A DNA stretch of 64,000 bases from Octopus sinensis (Eukaryota). The position numbers and the translations under genes are program-made. Location: assembly GCF_006345805.1 (NCBI RefSeq), contig NC_043000.1:64728001-64792000 (forward strand), read 5' to 3'. Of the stretch, positions 60,547 through 64,000 are shown one piece after another. Each line of letters starts with the position of its first letter. Position 1 is the stretch's first letter. The notes under the pieces were generated by a model, which saw only the letters and a program-made list of their open reading frames with translations, was not told the DNA's origin and made no database searches.

Positions 60547-62429
60547 ATAAGTGTGCACTGTTTTGTTTCCTCATAACTTTCAGAAAAATAGATGGTTAAT
60601 TTATTTGACTAAAAGTACTTCAAAGTGGTGCACCAGCATGGTTGCAGTCTAATGACTGAAACAAGTAAATGATATTTAAAGCAGGGAACATCAAAAAGAA
60701 AAAAAAATGTTATGACAAAAATACAGTATTAGTTCTAACTAGAAAAATTTATATAATGAAGTAAAAATCAATATTAGTCACTGAAACAAGTGAAAGACGA
60801 AAGAGATATATCATCATCACCACCACCATCATCAAACGTCTGTCTTCCATGCATGCATGGGTAGGATGGCTGACAGGAACCAACTAGATAGAAAACCACC
60901 CTAGGCTACTGCATCTGTTTTGGCAGGGTTGGATGCCCTTTCTAACACCAACCAGTTTGCAGAGTGGACTCAGTGCTTTTTAAGTGATACTAGCACAGTT
61001 GAAGTTAGTTTTAGCGTGATTTTTACAGCTGGATGCCCTTCCAAATGCCAACCACTTGAAGGCCAGAAATTTGGCAGGAGAAATAAGTCAATTACATTGA
61101 CGCCAGTGCTCAGCTGGTACTTATTTTATCGATCCTGAAAGGATGAGAGGCAAAGTCGACCTCAGTAGAATTTAAACTCAGAACGTGAAGACAGATGAAA
61201 TGTCACTAAGCAATTTGCCTGGTATGCTGACAGTTCTGCCAGCTCACCACCTTATATATATTATGGGTTATGACATATAACAGGTTAAGATGTTACCATT
61301 GGTTTCACTTGAAATATTGATGTCTTTTCAGACATGGTGACTAGAAGCACACAGTCTCGTTAGCCCTGGAGGTACATACACAATTGGTGGTGACAAAAAT
61401 GAAGAAGGATAATTTAGTTGAATAAAAAAAAAGTCGGGAAGAGTTATTTCCCTGGGTTTGTAAAATGGAGGGTGAGGATGAGCTTAAACTGCTGTGTGAT
61501 AAAAACAAAGATAAAATAACAACAATAAGAATAGTAAAGGAAAAGGAACCAAAATTAATGTTATTAATTGCAACGAAGGATAAATATCATAGGTATTAAA
61601 GGAATAAATCTTGTATGTGTAAATACACACACACGCATACATTTACATATACAGACACATATACATGTGTGTATGTGTGTGTGTCTATATATATGCAAAA
61701 AACCATTGATTACATGTGTATGTGGGGGCAGGGGCATTTGATGAGGCAGGTGAAGAAAGCAAAAATCTGGAGGGGTTGGAAACCCCGTTGATGGTTTGGA
61801 CCAGAGGTGATGTAGGATGTAGCAGTAACTATAAATGGAAGTATGTTGCTTGTGAATGTATTGTTCCCTAGGGTGAAGTGCCCTATAGACAGAGGTAGTG
61901 CACCATTTAGTGGGCACATACTGTAATTCTTACATGAGCATTCTGCCTGTCTGTGTTTTGGGGGTTATTAACTAAAATTTTCTTCATGATAGGCATGTAA
62001 CTGAATGAGACCCTTAAGCTATGTCAATTGAAAATTTTCCTATATCTATGGTCATGCATAAAATGCTCATCTTGCTAAGCTACTAATGCCCTACATATGC
62101 AGGTTTTCAAGGTAAGTGAGAAAAGGTAGGGAAAAACTAGATGACTTTGCAGAGGTGTCTTTTCTTGTAGATACTAGGGCTGGGCATGTAAGTGATATGG
62201 TCCTAAAAGTTGCTGGCAGCCAAAGCTTCATTGTAGTAGAGACCCACTACATCAAAGACATCCTTATTGGAGAATAGGTTTGAGATATTCCTGCTAATGC
62301 CTTTTACAAGATAAAATATCTAATACTTAATATTTGCATTTATACCATAAAAGAAAGATGAAGGAAAAGAATAAGGAATAAGTTAACCAAAGAAATTCAA
62401 AGAAATGAAAACTGGATCACACAAGTTGA

Positions 62430-62560
62430 AGAAAGAAGAAGAAGAAGAAGAAGAAGAAGAAGAAGAAGAAGAAGAAGAAGAAGAGAAGAAGAAGAAAAGA
62501 AGAAGAAGAAGAAGAAGAAGAAGAAGAAGAAGAAGAGAAGAAGAAGAAGAAGAAGGAAGA
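62430..62560. repeat. (GAA)n trinucleotide tract
   Basis: Direct reading. Confidence 0.97.
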
Positions 62561-63124
62561 GAAGGAGCAGGAAGACGATAAGAAGAAATAAGAACATAAA
62601 GTTGACAGAACAGATTTATCCATCATATAATGAATGGATTTTTCTTGGCATGAAACAAGAATTGCTGAAATGAGAAAGTAATAAAGTGGATGTTGTATTT
62701 GTAGTCTCTGAGTCAGTCTATTTCATGCAGATGTATGATCAAAAGTGTTTCAACCATGCCAACCATGTTGTTTATCTGGTACTGCATTGTCCAAATTGAT
62801 CTCATCTTTTTTTAATGATGTTAGGGGTGAAAATTGAAGAAGATTTTAAAGAAATTGTCGAATTAAAACAGTTTGATCAATGAAGGAGAATAGAATGAGA
62901 TGTTCAGGAATAAGGGACAATTCAGCCAATTGGACAGGCTGTCAATCATCCTAATTGAAAGAACAGGAAAGGAAGAGAAGTGAAGATTTATATAGAGTGA
63001 TTATGAAAAGAAGTAGAGAGGAATAGAAAGATGGGGAAGGGAGGACGGAAGTTGGTTGATATCCAGTCAACATCAGATGTCTTATCCCTGTATATATGCA
63101 TATATGCATATATCCAGGGATAAG

Positions 63125-63400
63125 ACAATGGCCCAGTGGTTAGGGCAGCCGACTTGCGGTCGTAGGATTGCGGTTTCGATTCTCAGACAGGGCATTGTGA
63201 GTGTTTATTGAACGAAAACACCTAAATCTCCACAAGGCTCTGGCAGGGGGTGGTGGCGATCCCTGCTGTACACTTTCGCCACAACTTTCTCTCACTCTTT
63301 CTTGTGTAGGCCTGCTTGCTTAGCCAGTGGGGTGGCACCATTTAAAGGCTAAAACAATGTGAAGCACATTGTGACCAACGATGTGTAGCAACATCTGATA
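63125..63400 (+). mobile_element. tRNA-headed SINE (a related head lies near 35306-35560)
   Basis: tggcccagtggttagggc...ggtttcgattc A/B-box-like head followed by non-tRNA body. Confidence 0.55.
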
Positions 63401-64000
63401 GCCTGGTCATTAAAAAAAAAAACATGCATAGTAATAGACTTGATTCCTAAAGCAGGGGAACTGGCAGAATTGTTTGCATGCCAGACAAAATACTTAACAG
63501 TGTTTCTTCTGGCTTTACATTCTGAGTTCAAATATCACTGAGGTTGACTCTGTCTTTCATTCTTTCAGGGTTGATGAAATAAGTACCAGTCGAGGACTTG
63601 GGTTGATGCAAATGACTACTTGCTCTCCCAAAATTTCAGACCTTGTGCTTATATTATAAAGGATTAGTTTAAAAATAAAGGCTCTTTGTTCAAATCAGGT
63701 TTAGTATGATGAGTATATCCAGGAATAAAATACCTGATGAGAGAGATCAACCATTCAAACTGTGTGTAGATGTAATTATTGAGTCTCTAAGGATTGCTAA
63801 GTGCAGGTATGGCATGTGGTAAGAAGTTTGCTTCCCAACTACATGGTTCTAGGTTCAGTTCTACTGCATCGCACCATGGGCAAGTGTTTTCTTCTATAGC
63901 CTCAGGCCAATCAAAGCTTTGTAGACAGGAACTAAAAGAAGCCTGTTCTTTATAAGTGTGTGGGTGTGTGTGTGCATGTATTTGTGTGTTTTTGTCCCCA

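Noticed and set aside
61332-61371. Plus-strand AG...GT 40-nt candidate exon
   Set aside because: Stops in all frames and no supporting neighbours; a non-coding exon cannot be excluded.
63125-63200. tRNA-like sequence as a tRNA gene
   Set aside because: A/B boxes present, but no complete cloverleaf and it continues into a SINE body.

Overview
AT-rich, repeat-dense animal genomic DNA; the repeat families and (AT/AC)n load suggest Octopus or another coleoid cephalopod (inference). One protein-coding gene spans most of the window on the minus strand: ASPSCR1/TUG (UBXD9). I reconstructed 18 phase-consistent coding exons from ATG 51945 to 2443 (1966 nt, 655 codons + 1 nt), plus a tentative terminal exon at 2316-2338. 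All have GT/AG boundaries. The most notable feature is an internal tandem duplication of a two-exon, phase 2-2 symmetric module (exons 6+7 and 8+9), with paralogous intron sequence still alignable, followed by a 25-nt microexon. The introns and the upstream 12 kb hold three decayed mariners, three RTE fragments, a young 5'-truncated CR1, Tx1 and old CR1/L2 remnants, hAT-, piggyBac- and Merlin-like MITEs, Helentron-type elements, tRNA-derived SINEs, long inverted repeats and microsatellites. No rRNA, tRNA gene or CRISPR array is supported. All alignments were done by eye.
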